Below, piece after piece: positions 1-12,248 of a stretch of 64,000 nucleotides of DNA; position 1 is the first letter of the stretch; each line of letters starts with the position of its first letter. The stretch covers positions 372,001 through 436,000 of the forward strand of contig ML978128.1 of NCBI GenBank assembly GCA_010015805.1. The letters run 5' to 3'. Below the pieces are notes generated by a model. It made no database searches. It had not been told where the DNA came from and was given only the letters and a program-made list of their open reading frames with translations. Source of the stretch: Rhizodiscina lignyota (taxonomy: Eukaryota). A program made the position numbers and the translations under genes.

Positions 1-786
1 GGAACTCGACATCGTGAGCGGCGCCCAGGTTAGTGAGCATATCTTCAATGCTTGCCAGCTGCTCAGGCAGCAAGACAAGCTATATATGCTGCTGCTCGCA
101 AGGCTGAGGCTGAGCTAGAAGACTTCGCCGGGCCAATATCTTCTAATTGGGCGCCATTTGCTCCAGGGTGCGGCCACCCGTTGGGCTACCGTATCCTATC
201 AATTCATTGAGAACAAGTATCGTGACTTGATTTGCGTGCCTCCGCGCTTTTTATCTAGGTAGGTTGAAGAAGAGGATTCAAGTTCACTGCACTCCCGAAT
301 TCGGACAACCTGCAACCTCCACTGAGGAAGTCACGTAAAATGTGATCACGTGAGCACCTTCGGAGCTGGAGTACATCTGTACAGTGCAGAAAGTCGCTCT
401 AATTGATGTCTACATCTCGTCTCAGAATAAAAGTCTAATGTCTATGGTATAATCCCGCTAATCCAATGAACGCCAGCTCCAGAACCGACCAACGCCAATT
501 TTTCCATTCCAGCCCAGCGTTAATCCTCATTACACACATTATCCGGTCTCAATCCGTACAAGCAGCCTCATCTATCTCCTAAGTTACCATCGGATTGAGC
601 TCTAGAGGCGCTGTAGTCGGGTCCAGCTTGCATCAGATAGCGGCTGTATGATAAGGTCGCTCTCGATCGCGTTACGCCCGGTGCCCACCCAGTGGTTCCT
701 CAATCCGTCAATAGCGGTCTATTTTAAAGCCTTAGTCAATCCCGCGCCATTTTAAATCACCAGTTCGTCTCAAGCTTCCTCTTCAT

Positions 787-2600
787 CTACGTCTTTGTCT
801 CTTTCGTTTCCTGCTGAGCAGGCTCTTCCGCCTCCTCTTTATTCCCTTCGATCCAGTTGCGCATCTTTTCTCCAGAGTGCGTGGTCAGCATGACAAAGCC
901 AGTCGAGACGACAATGAAAACACAGGAAATCGTGCTAAACCATCCAACACCAATCTTCTCAATCGCCGGGAGACATGTTGCGGAGCCGAGGGCTGCGAAA
1001 AGGTAGCGGAGCAAGTAGTTCCCAGCTGCCGACAGATGTCAGTAAAACTTAAAAGGAGAGACCCGACGGATGCCAAACATACCGACGACTTCCGCGCTTC
1101 TTCTTTGCATAACGTCCAAACAGTACGTATTCAAGCTTGGGAAGCAGAATAGCTGTGCTATGCCCTGGATGAACATGACTATCACAGGCAGCGGCACGCC
1201 ACCAACAGCTTTCTCTACACTCCAGCCGTAAATGAGCATACTGAAGGCGACGACAAGCATGGCTACTAAAGCGCTTCGTAGGCGGTCCTCAGGTACGCGT
1301 CGTCCACGTTTGCGAATCCATTTTTTGACGATATAATCGGCCCAACGTCCACCAAAGAAGGTTCCGAGGAGATATCCGCAGCCGGGAGCGATGTAGAAGA
1401 GTCCGGATTGGAGAGGCGTTGTTAAATGAAAGCGGGGGTTGAGGACATAACGGATGGGTGTGAGAAGCGAGTACATGTTCCAGACGAGGGATGATGAAGC
1501 CATGCCCTATTTATTCAATCAGCTCCGCCATACCTTAACAACAGCTCGCAGCGATAACAGTTGAACGTCTCGTTGCCACGAAATTACTTACCACAATGAG
1601 GAGGTTCGGATACTTGTAAAGTTTGAGAACACGCCATGGATTCGTCCACTCCCACATCGTCTTGATATATTGCTTGCGCGTCATTCCTTGCAACTGCTCA
1701 GACCGTTTGTAGTGGATGGTCTCAGGCAAGAAAAAGAAAACAAGGACAAGCGCAAGGCCGCCAAGAGCAGACTGCAGCCAGAATATGTCTCTCCAGCTCT
1801 TAAAGGTGACAATGATTCCTCCGATGAACGGTCCAAAAGCGGGACCGATAAGAGTGCCGCTCAAAAACCAGCCTAATCCAGATGCTCGCTCAGTCTGCAA
1901 AATCAGTCAGAACTCATAGTGGCTTTCGAAGCGGACGGCTTACAGGTCTGAAAATATCTCCAATGCAGCTTGCTCCAACAATCAACAGGCACGTGCCTTG
2001 GAAAGCAGTTAAAATCCGGAAGATAAAGAATGCCACTAGGTTTGGCGCCAAAGCACTGCCAATGGAGAAGGCAAGGAACATCACGAGTGCGTAAATACAG
2101 ATCTAGAGTGGTTATATATCAGCCACTTGAGTCTGCATGCCAAGCCGAAGGTCCAAGATATTTTGACGTACCCATCGTCGCCCGTAGCATTGCCCCAGTG
2201 GTCCCCAGAATACCGGGCTGATACCCATGAAAACCATATACAAAGCATTAGACAAGTTTATGATTGTTCCAGTAGTGTTGAACGTTTCAGCAACTTCGGG
2301 CACGGCGGCGAGTACTGTTGTCGAGGAGATTGGGGCTAGGAATCCGCATAGCGATAGAATAGCTGTGATGATATGCTTCCTGGTGAGAGACAGTCTATCG
2401 TACACCTCATCACCAGCTTCGATATAAGAGACAACTGGGTGCATATCATGGTTGCTAACGCGGCTTGCAGTCTGCTCTAGCGCCAGGCAGTCGATGTCAT
2501 CTGGAGTAGATACTATGGGAGCAAAGTGTGACTCTTGTTTCTCGAGGTCGATCTGATCGAGAGCCTTCTCGCCAGACCTAGGATCTGAGGTTTCTGCCAT
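787..2600 (-). CDS. MFS drug:H+ antiporter (DHA1-like), 5 exons
   Basis: Spliced ORF pieces give multiple TM helices with DHA1-type motifs (WGPLGQCYGRR, GPAFGPFIGG, WRDIFW, FFLPET, PEDRL). Four GT-AG introns with branch points at ~2171-2104, ~1944-1896, ~1591-1507 and ~1083-1027. Confidence 0.9.
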
Positions 2601-3580
2601 GTTGCTGTATCATCTGAGGGCCGTATGCGAGATCTATTGAAGCAGAGAAAGGAAGAACAGATTCTATCAAAGAGAAAGGAAATGCTTATGCGTGGGAAAC
2701 GCCAGAGACGAGCAAGAAGGAACCTTAAAAACTGACTCGAGCAATCAGTTTCACCTATCAGATATGCGGTCTGCGGCCCAAGACTCTCCGAAACAAACAT
2801 AGTGCAATCTAGCATTTCCGAAGAACTGGTAGTGAAAGTCCTACCAACGGTGCTGCCGAAATTCACCGTTGGGGGTGATCGGAAGAGCTGAATTTTCTCG
2901 TTGTGGCGCGTCATGCCGTTCTAGCCGTGCCGGTTGGACGGCGGCCACGTTCCCCAAGCTCTTATTGCTTCAAACGATTGAGACGACGAGGTCTATTACT
3001 GGTTCACGAAAAGACTGACGCACAAGATTGATGTTTTGCTGTCCTCAAAATGAAAAAAATACGAAGTGACGTTCGAAGACTGTGCGGAGACAAAAGTGAT
3101 GGAGGTGTGAGAACTTCCAGAGTTTGCTTTATAAGTGTGTCTCACCCAATCTACATGTGAAAGCACATCATTTCGAAAAAGCACGTGCAATATGCATGGA
3201 ATATTTAATACCATTGAAGTCGCTCTTGGGCCTATGCACTGTTCTGATGCAATAGAAGGACCTATGCGGAGTCGTTTACGAATAATACAGCTTCGCAAAT
3301 GGATCAACGCTTCGCAGCAAAGGAATATCGAGATCGCGAAGGGATCTTTTTTTGAAGTCGATACCGACCGCAAAACTATATACAGAGGTTGGAAAGGTCC
3401 TAATGGCCCTCAGTTTGCGGAGCCATGAGCTATGAAGCCGCCGAAGCCTGTCTTGAGCAAGCTAAGTACCCTATATTTTTCTGTGATTCAATGAGAATCT
3501 CCGTCCCACGCAAGTGCGCTGTATGCCGTAACGCCAGTTAATGCAATTCATCAGTCATCGATAATCGTACTCATAACTCC

Positions 3581-4126
3581 TCACAAACTCAATCTATCCA
3601 TGCTCAACCGGTCCACACTCCTTGGTCTCTTTACCATGCTAAGCTTGTAGAACCTCTCCTCTCCATTCGGTGCTCGGCCACCAATATACCACTTCTCCGA
3701 TCCCAGCGTATCCCTGAAGCCTTCTGATGAGCTGTCAGACCCTCTTCGTTGCCTGCTCGCTGCGCCACCTATCGGAGTATGGCTGGGGTACGCGGGTGAG
3801 CCAGGCGAGCCAGGCGATCGCGAATATGGTGATGCCGCGTGTTGTCTCGTTGGCTGGAACTGGTGCCCTGATTGGATTGCCATACTAGTGGCTCCGGTTC
3901 CAGAGCTCTCTGAAGTCGCTTTCGTGGATATTGAACGCGCTCCTGATACATTTGCGGCCGCTGTGAGTGTTGATGTGGCGCTCGTCGCAGAGGACTGCGC
4001 GAAGCTGGCTTGTGTAGTAGACGCAGCTGTAGCAGAAGTTGAGGTAGAAGTGGCGGCTTTTTGGAGGACGGACTGAGCGCGGAAGGCAGCGAGAAAGTTG
4101 GAGAAAATCGGTCGGTTTGTAGGCAT
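3581..4126 (-). CDS. Ser/Thr/Ala-rich hypothetical protein with a conserved-looking C-terminal motif
   Basis: 181-aa intronless ORF with a good start context (ACCATG). The low-complexity middle is followed by RRGSDSS...WYIGGR...EERFYKL...DRLSL, which resembles fungal conserved hypothetical proteins. Confidence 0.75.
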   Translation of the reverse strand: MPTNRPIFSNFLAAFRAQSVLQKAATSTSTSATAASTTQASFAQSSATSATSTLTAAANVSGARSISTKATSESSGTGATSMAIQSGHQFQPTRQHAASPYSRSPGSPGSPAYPSHTPIGGAASRQRRGSDSSSEGFRDTLGSEKWYIGGRAPNGEERFYKLSMVKRPRSVDRLSMDRLSL

Positions 4127-5319
4127 GGTGAAGGCTGAATGTAGGTGACTAGTATTTACAGCGGTTTAAGTGATCGAGGTGCTCTTTCGCCTGCTGGGGG
4201 TGTCTCCAGCCCTTTTGAGAGCTTCTGGCCCGGCTATATGACTGCAGACATGAGTTTTCGCGTCGTTTGAGATCTCTCAAATTCGTCAGGCCACCGTCGC
4301 GGGCAGACTCGGGGGCAGATATTTAAACTTGTCGGATGCTTGCGCAACGATGAGCAGGTGTGGTAGTTGTTTGTATAATGGCAGGCTGACTAGGAGATGA
4401 GAAATGCCTGTGATTTTATTCGTCCTCGGCTTGGGTGTGCGGCGTGTGTAGTGAAGTAGGGTGCTTGGTTGCGGGTACTTCAATATTTAAAACTCGGGTG
4501 ACGAAAACCACCCGGCGCTGTTTCCTTTCGCCCTTTCCCGCCGTGTACCGCGAACCCTAGCACTCGAACGAGACAAGCATGAAGATGATTCAGGGCCCTG
4601 CAATGGACTGAGCGGTCGATCAATTTGAAAACGTGGAGAAGGAGTTAATCGCCGTTTATAGAGGGCGTGTTGTGGGGAGAGCGCGCCATCAGTCAGCCAC
4701 TATCAGATCCTCGAAGCAGGTTGCTTTTACTGCATCATACCATCATCAGTTCATCCCTATCGAGCATCATCAATTCATCACCTATCGAGCCGTGCCCCTC
4801 CTCTATGCAGCCAACGACGTTAGTTCAGGCATGTGATGGAGGGGCGGGAGAGTGCGTTTCACTCTTGCTGCCCTGCAAGAGCTCACTTTAACGCCCGTCG
4901 ACGCGGGATGCTGAGAAAGATCCAGCACCGGGAGGTAAGACTGTTGCAAAAGCATACATAGTTGGGGCTCCCGTGCGCCGAGGTCAATGCCAGAGTACTG
5001 CTTGGCTCTACATTCGGCTCAATATCTGGACTCCGATGTATGGAGCCGGCCAGGCCGTTCCGCGTCCTATGGTAGACTGTACTTGAATCCATAAATAGTA
5101 AAGTATACATTATGAATGAGCCTGGCACACTTTTGTGTAAATAGTAGGAGATGCTGCTGTTCGTACATCGATGTCCAACCACGCGACATCCAGAAACGCC
5201 TTTGTGGAACTGAACGCTTCAACAAATTGATTGAAGAAGAACAGGCACGCGAGAAGGGAAATCGATCCAAAACGTAGACATCAAAGTGGAGGAAAGACGT
5301 GAAACCCAGTCACAATATT

Positions 5320-6178
5320 CTAATGGTCCTCAGCACTGTCGACAAGTGTATGGCCATCACCATCAGTCATCTCCGCCTCTTGGGCCATCTCTCCATCTTC
5401 CTGTGGAACCTGCTCCGTCGAAGATTCTGCCTGTTCCCCCAATTTCTGCTCCGCTTTCTCAACTAACTGAACTTTCTCCACCTCTTTCGCAAGCATCTCT
5501 TCCCGCGGATCGGGTACCGATTCTGGATCCAGCTTCCATGCTTGCATGCCCAGTATGATGTCCACTGCCAACTGGCCGTTCTTTCGTAGCGCCTTATCCC
5601 AGTGTGCAGGAATGCCGTCTCCCAGAGCAAGCATGCGGGCTACAGACCCAACCAGCAGCTGGCGCATCGGGCTGTCTGCGTCGGTATTCGCGTAGATGTA
5701 TTGCACACGACGGAGGCCGGGGAAGGTCTGCGTGTGGCGGTAGAAAGCCCGGACAGTATCAAGGACGTCTCTCACGAGCCCTGTTATCTGCCACTTCTCT
5801 CCCATAAGATATAGGTCGAAGAGGTTTGCCAAGTCCTTCTCTTCTTCCGGAGCGGGTATCGCAGCACTGTATAGCCATCCTACGAACATACGGAAGGGCT
5901 CGTCTTCATCATCGGGCAGGCCAAATGTTTTCGACTTCGAGTTGGCTTCCGAGCCGGTGTAGAATATCTTTGCAAAGTATTTTGAGCGTGCGCAGAGTAG
6001 TTTTTCGTGGAGGATCCAGTGGGTATTCTCCGAACCGACGTAGATGTCCACCATCGACCGGGAGAGAAGTCTGGAGACAGATGTCAGCTGAATATGCATT
6101 TGCGACATTGATGGGGTTAAATAGAGTGCCACATGAGACAACTCACTCATGAAGAGGGCGTTCGCGCTCCATTGCCAT
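5320..6178 (-). CDS. BTB/POZ domain protein
   Basis: MVDIYVG...LHEKLLCARSKYF...LPDDED..F..FVGWLY is a fungal BTB fold. The likely true start is ATG 6178 (MAMERERPLHE), followed by a GTGAGT...CTGAC...CAG intron at ~6146-6071. Confidence 0.85.
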
Positions 6179-7330
6179 TGCTACGACTGAGGTGGAGGAT
6201 TACTTGAGATATTCGGAGATGTGAGACGAGAGGGGTGTAGAGCAAGTGACCGCGACTGTACCACGTCGATTCAATGTGACGAGTATAAATATCGAATTCA
6301 AAATTCGAAATGCGACAATTGTGCTCTTTTCAATGTGGCATACTAGAAAGAAAGGAGAGAGAGTCTCGACCCTGCAGAGAAATACATGATCACACGGGGA
6401 GGTTGGCCAAAGCAGCATCGGATTCCTCTAGCAATCCCATGGCCTGGAATGACGCAGCGGCTGCATATTCATGGCAAATCCAGCAAATCATGACATGGAA
6501 GCGAGACGGGCTACCCATGCCAATTGTTGCACAGACTGCACTTTACCTGAACAGGACGACGATCGGCGATTGAATATGCGAATTACATGGGGATCGGACA
6601 CTTTGGCCAGCGGTGAGAGGCTGGTGAGACGGACTTGGTGTGGCTGGAAATTTAGTCCTACATACGGAGTATGGACTAAGAAAAAGCAACGAGGAGCTGG
6701 CCAAGTTGAGAAACTCAAGGATTCAATCGGACCTAATTCGAAGTACGATCTGGAGTTGAAGGAGCTACCCGTGGGAAGCGCATTGCTAGCACGTCGTGAA
6801 TTTTGAAGACTGGCTCACCACAGCACGAAAGGTCAGGACGATTGATTGAATCCACACTCGTTACTAACTTTTTGATGATTGAGCCCTATCGCTAATGTTC
6901 ATACAATGCTCGTCATGTCGTGGTTATGTGAAAAGCGAAAGCATGTCACTCCCCAGCGTCTTTCAGCATCAGGAGGACAGACTAGAAACCAAGCGTATTC
7001 ATCCCGAAACCAGCAAACCATCGTGATCCGTGAAAAGCAAAGATTACCCAGGGTATTTTCCATCATGAGTAGCTCCCCGGGAAATTGGAAATGAGTGCAA
7101 AGTGAAATCAGAATCCCCGATGCATCGGGTAAAGGAGTGGCTGTTGTAATCCGCAAAATTGTATACAGCAAGGAAAAGGCGGCCATCAGGCGTATTTCAG
7201 CCTCATCAGCGCCCAAAAGGACATATAGTGCCTCGTAGAGCAACTAAGACGTGATCCAAAGAAGCTCGACCAGCTAAACCAAATCGCTAATCCTATAAGG
7301 ATGCAGCCAGAGCGCTTCAATGAATCTCTC

Positions 7331-10300
7331 CTACTCGGGGTATGAAAACCCAAATAGCAGGAAGTCGCAGGCGATGTGCGCATCATTCCCTCTGCTGAGC
7401 TCGTTCTTTAAGCTCCCCAGTACGTCGATCCAGCTGGTAGATGTGCGGGAGCACCGGATCGGTACTATTGGTGTTCGCAATTTGCATGTAGAGCGATTTC
7501 AGCCTCTGCGAGATGATATCCATAATGCGAGGCGTTAGTTCTCGGATATCCGCTTCCTATAATTCGAATGCACGTCAGTATCCTGCATGTTAATGTAGAC
7601 GAGGAAGCATATCACGTACCGTTGGGTCGAGGCTGATGAGAATGTTGTCGAGCCATGCAAGACGCTGGTGCATATTCGGCTCCCATGGTTGGGTCACCGC
7701 TGCCGCCGCAGACATGGCTACAAGGCCAGGCAAGTTGCGCACGTAGACTGGATTGTACCGACACAAGACTGCTTCGAATAACTGAACTTGGCGAGGAGAC
7801 TGAACCCAACTGGAGACGGCTGCTTCGATCTGTCCTTGGCGTAGAAGCGCGCGCATCTCATCCATCTCAACCTCTTCATCGCTCTTAGCCTGCACCTGCA
7901 CAACCTGACTAGTGCTTCCGGATATAGACCTCGAAGCAGCCTCTTGAGCCTCTTGAGCCGGTCCAACAGTAGCGACTTGACGCTGCAGTCTGAGGATTTC
8001 ATTCTGGAACTCACTCTGCGTAGCCGCCATGGAATGAACCGTCTCACTCAAACCTCTCACAAGGTTGGTGAGTTGGTCGATCTTGCCAGAGTCGTGCTGT
8101 CTCTGAGCATCTGCTTGCTGAAGCATGATGCTCATACGCTGCTCCATATCGCTCGCAATTTGTTGAACAGCGTTGACGGTCATCTTCGTGAACGCAGGCG
8201 TGATAGACTTGGTGATGGCAGCGGAGAGATGAGAGTCGATGTGCGAAGCTACGCGTTTGACTACAAACTCGCCCAATCCACGTTGAAATTCGGTGTCCTT
8301 TGAGATATTTTGGATTGCAGATGAGACCGCTCCATTGTGATGTTGTCCTATTGCATTGCTGACCTCCTGTGGGACCTCTTGGAGTTTGCGCTCAAGGACA
8401 GCACCAACATGATCAGATAATGCTGGGAGAAGGGTCATCGAGAGGCTTGATCCGACAATGCGCGAGAGGCTCTTCTCCACATTTTCTGTGAGTGTGCTCG
8501 ATACCAGGCGCAGGATAGCATCCTGCTTGGCTGCACCAGCTGCATCTTGGATGCGCTTGTCCTCGTCGAATTTCTGATACATGGCCGCAAGTTCTTGGTT
8601 GAACAAGCTAGCAAGAGCAGCAGTCAGATTGTCCTCTAACTGTTTGATCGAGGTGGCATTAACGCCAGTCGGCTCCACGGGTCCACTAGCCTTGGATTCG
8701 GAAGGACCGGCAGGGGTCGGCGTGGCTGGAGGAGGTATCTTAGGCTCCACGGTCGTCGGTGGCATCCGTGGTGGCGTCTCTATGACTGGTTGAGCCACGG
8801 CCTTTGCATAAGAGGAGGGTGGCGGTGGCGCAAAGTTGACCGCCGTTGTTGGCGCACTGGATACTTGCGATACAGTATCACTCGCCTTCTTCGCCTTCTT
8901 CTTGTCCTTCTTCTCTGTCTTCTCAGTGCCGTTGATGATAGCAGCACGCGCTGCATCTTGTTTGCTTTCGACGCGCGCAAGTGTCGTTGCGACAACCGTA
9001 TCAGCCGGGCGATGCGGCTTGGGGGTCGGAATCTCCTTCTTCTGCACCGAGGACTCCCTAGTCGTCGACCTACTCGTGGTGCTCCTCGGCGGATTGTCTC
9101 CATTGACAGAAGCGTCGCTCGGCTCGACCTTAATGGCCTTGAGCTCAGAGACGACCACCACGCCAGCTTTCTCGGCATCGATAGGGTTCAACACATTGTT
9201 GTCATCTCCCCAGCCCATATCCTCTGTCTTCACGCTAAGTCTACAGACGCCTTTCGAATGCATGACGTATAGCTCGAACAGAACGTTGTCTCCAGCATCA
9301 CCCGAGATGGAACTCGGATTGTCAAGGCTCTCGAAGCTGCGAAGCTGGCCAAATGGAGCAAATGAGAACTCCCGAATGCCAGTCATGATCGCGGTAGACT
9401 CGATCTTAGGCAGATTCTTATCCTTCTCAGCCACACGAGTAAGGAACTTGGCCTGCGACATGGGAGGAAGCAGATAACGCGGAGCAGACAAGTGGATAAA
9501 GTAGATCGAGTTCCTAGTAGGATGGCCGACCGAGATGATTCCAGATTGTGGATGATAGGTAACGCTGCAAATACCATCCGACTCATTTTCATGAGGCAGA
9601 TTGATCTCCTGAACTGCCTTTTCCAGGCAAAGATCCCACAATTGCAGAGTATGATTTTGCTTCATCCCGACAATGAGGTATCTGCAAGCAATACCCTTGT
9701 TGTACGGACGTTCCTTGTCGAGGAACATGATCGATGTAGGCCAGGACTTATCTGCTGGAGATGTAGTCGCAAGAGTTTGGATCGGCGTCTTGATTTCGAT
9801 CGGTGCCAACTCGCCATGCTCGCCCTTCGAGGTGTTAACCAGCTCCCGAACATCCCAGAACCTCATCTTGCCAGTCTTGTCCAAAGAGGCGATGACTGTG
9901 TCGCACTGGCTGAATGTGAAGTCCTTACCAGCCTTGCCCGTAGCAATCTTGAGGTTTCGCTCTCTCAGGTACTTGCCACTGTCACAAACATGAGTAGCTG
10001 GGTCCGTATACCGAGAGGAACGAGCGACAAATGGCCACACGATGTGGATTGACTTTCCGCGTCCAATGGCAAAGAATTGGGGATGGCGAGAAGAACGCCG
10101 AGCACGTGTCTTCAGCTGTCCGCCAGAGGTATTGTCATCGTGGACAGGGAACGGTGGGAAGATGAAGCTGCGCTCGTCAAGGTTGTCACTGAATTGCTCG
10201 CCCTTTGCACTGCTGAGATGTGTCCAAAAGACCGAGCCATTGACGCCAGTCGCCAGAACTGTATCACTGTCAACATCAGGCTTGACAGCTGAGCAAAGAG

Positions 10301-11880
10301 CGAGATTGACAATGCGCTCATGCGTCTCTGCAAAGAGGTTCTTGTAGCTCCCGTTCTCTTGGCTGAGCACACGGAAGCCGCCGTGCTTTGGTGTGACATA
10401 TGCAATGTACCGTTCGGACGCTGCAACAAGCGCGCGGTCGTTTTGATCGAATTCCTTCTTGACACGGGCAAGGGCCAAGAAAGCATCTTGCTTGAAAGTC
10501 GACGACATAGGTAGATCCTTGATCTCGAGGGAAGTAAAAGGCTTCATGGGGAAGTTGTAGACGCGAACATCTTCGCCCTGGTTGGCCGTCTCCTCTGCAT
10601 CAGCGCTTTCCCAACTGTCGCCACCGCTCGCACCCGCAATCTCGTTGGTGACTTCTTCCAAAGCCTCTGTCGTCGGCTTTCCGATGACACGCTCGATTTC
10701 GCGGCGCGTCTGGTCGTCTTTCAGATCCTGCTTGATTTCTGCTGCACCGTCGCGAACTGCTTCTCTCAGAGCCATGACTTCTTCCGCCGCCTTAGCATCT
10801 TCTAAGGCTTGTGACTCGTCTTCAACTTGAGCGAGGACTTGCTCCACTTGTTTATCAACAACTTCACCGACTCCACCGACAGCTTCTGAGACGGTTTGAG
10901 GAGCAACAGTTAGCTCCTCCTCCTTGTTGTCCTCCTCGTGCTTGAGTATTTCTACTTTCGGAGGGCCTGTCGCCGGGTGAGGCTGGAAGACAGGAGTGTG
11001 GTTGCGGGGAGACGAGGCAGAAAGCTGCTCAAAGGGATTGACGTAAGTGAAGACCGCAGGTTTCGCAGGCCCTTGCTGGGGATCTGATACCTCAAATTGA
11101 CCTGGCCCTTCATGTCCCAAGACGTGGAACGGTGAGGGCTTTCGCTCCACCTGTGGCGATGAATGTGTTTCCTCGAGGGACGCGTCCTGCAAGTCTTGCG
11201 TAACATCATCCACCGCAGCTTCTGGAACAGCTGACTCGACTGCAGAGATTGATTCTTCTGCATGAAGCGATCGCAAGCTGCTTGCGCGACTCGGCTGCGA
11301 TGGCTTTCCCTGATTGAGGAGATTTAGAAGATATGCCTGTGAGCTGCCGCCCGCAGAAGCGCTCACTTCACCCGGCTTTGTAGAGACAGGTGATGCGACC
11401 GTGGGTGAGTGCAACGAGGACGAGGAAGGCTTTCGCATGAATGAAGCCACCAGGTCTGACGCGGAAATTGCGCTATCGTGAGGAGTAGCGCTGGACATTT
11501 CAGTACCAGCCTGCATACTCTGCGATAGCGCAGACGTCGGGCGAGGTGAGTTTGAAGAAGGCTGGCTAAACTTCAGAAGGTTCAAAAGGTTCGCGCTTCG
11601 GTTGTTTTGCTCTGGAAGTGGTGTTTGCGAAGTGGACGGGACGTTGGGACTCTGCGCGGCGTGAATTAGTTAGAGAGTGAAGTGTTCAAGTGAAGTGACG
11701 AAGACAGCGACTCACCATAATCGCAGAGTCGTGATGAGGCTGAGGACCAGAGGGGGAAGGAGTGACAATGGGCGAAGATACGCTTGGATGTTGGTAATTC
11801 GCTGTCGTCGCAGGATTGGGTGGAAGAGCAGAGCTTGCGGATTGGTTCAGACGAGCGAGAAGCTCTTGCAAGTCCGCCAT
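7331..11880 (-). CDS. Edc4/Pdc1-like mRNA decapping scaffold (WD40-like propeller plus C-terminal helical region)
   Basis: 1331-aa ORF extended by exon 1 (MADLQELLARLNQ, ATG 11880, intron ~11715-11666) and a last exon after intron ~7619-7557 that ends at TAG 7331. Architecture: disordered N-terminus, WD-like core (KMRFWDV, LQLWDL), helical/coiled C-terminus. Confidence 0.7.
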
Positions 11881-12248
11881 GACGCGCTGAGAAGCAAAGC
11901 ACTCTTCACCCGTAAACGAAGCTCCAGCGGTAAAGCCAGGGAAATGCAGTGAAATGCACAACGCTGCAAAGGAGAGTGGAGAGGTTGGTGAAGGGTGGTT
12001 GGCGTTGTTGATCGGAATATAAAGCGGCAGCGTCACTTTTCAAAAGGCCCGTGCTTCAGCGCGTCAAGGAATTGCCAAATGTCGAGCTGCCAGGTGGACA
12101 GCACATCGCATTGCATTGCGCCTAATGACATGCTTGCGCTATTCACACCTGCATTTCAGATTGAGATTACTTAAAAGATGGTCACTCGCCAATCTCATTC
12201 GATCATGTTAATCGCTTTTTTGACGTTAATGGTTCTGGCAAAAAGTCA

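Noticed and set aside
1..210. Possible gene end or start at the window edge
   Set aside because: Too short, with no recognisable motif on either strand.
2996..3428. 97-125-aa ORFs between the MFS gene and the hypothetical gene
   Set aside because: Non-ATG starts, no motifs and no splice support.
8780..10830. Many overlapping ORFs antisense to the Edc4-like gene (similar ones over TOR, UTP21 and Mae1)
   Set aside because: Shadow ORFs of codon-biased coding sequence.
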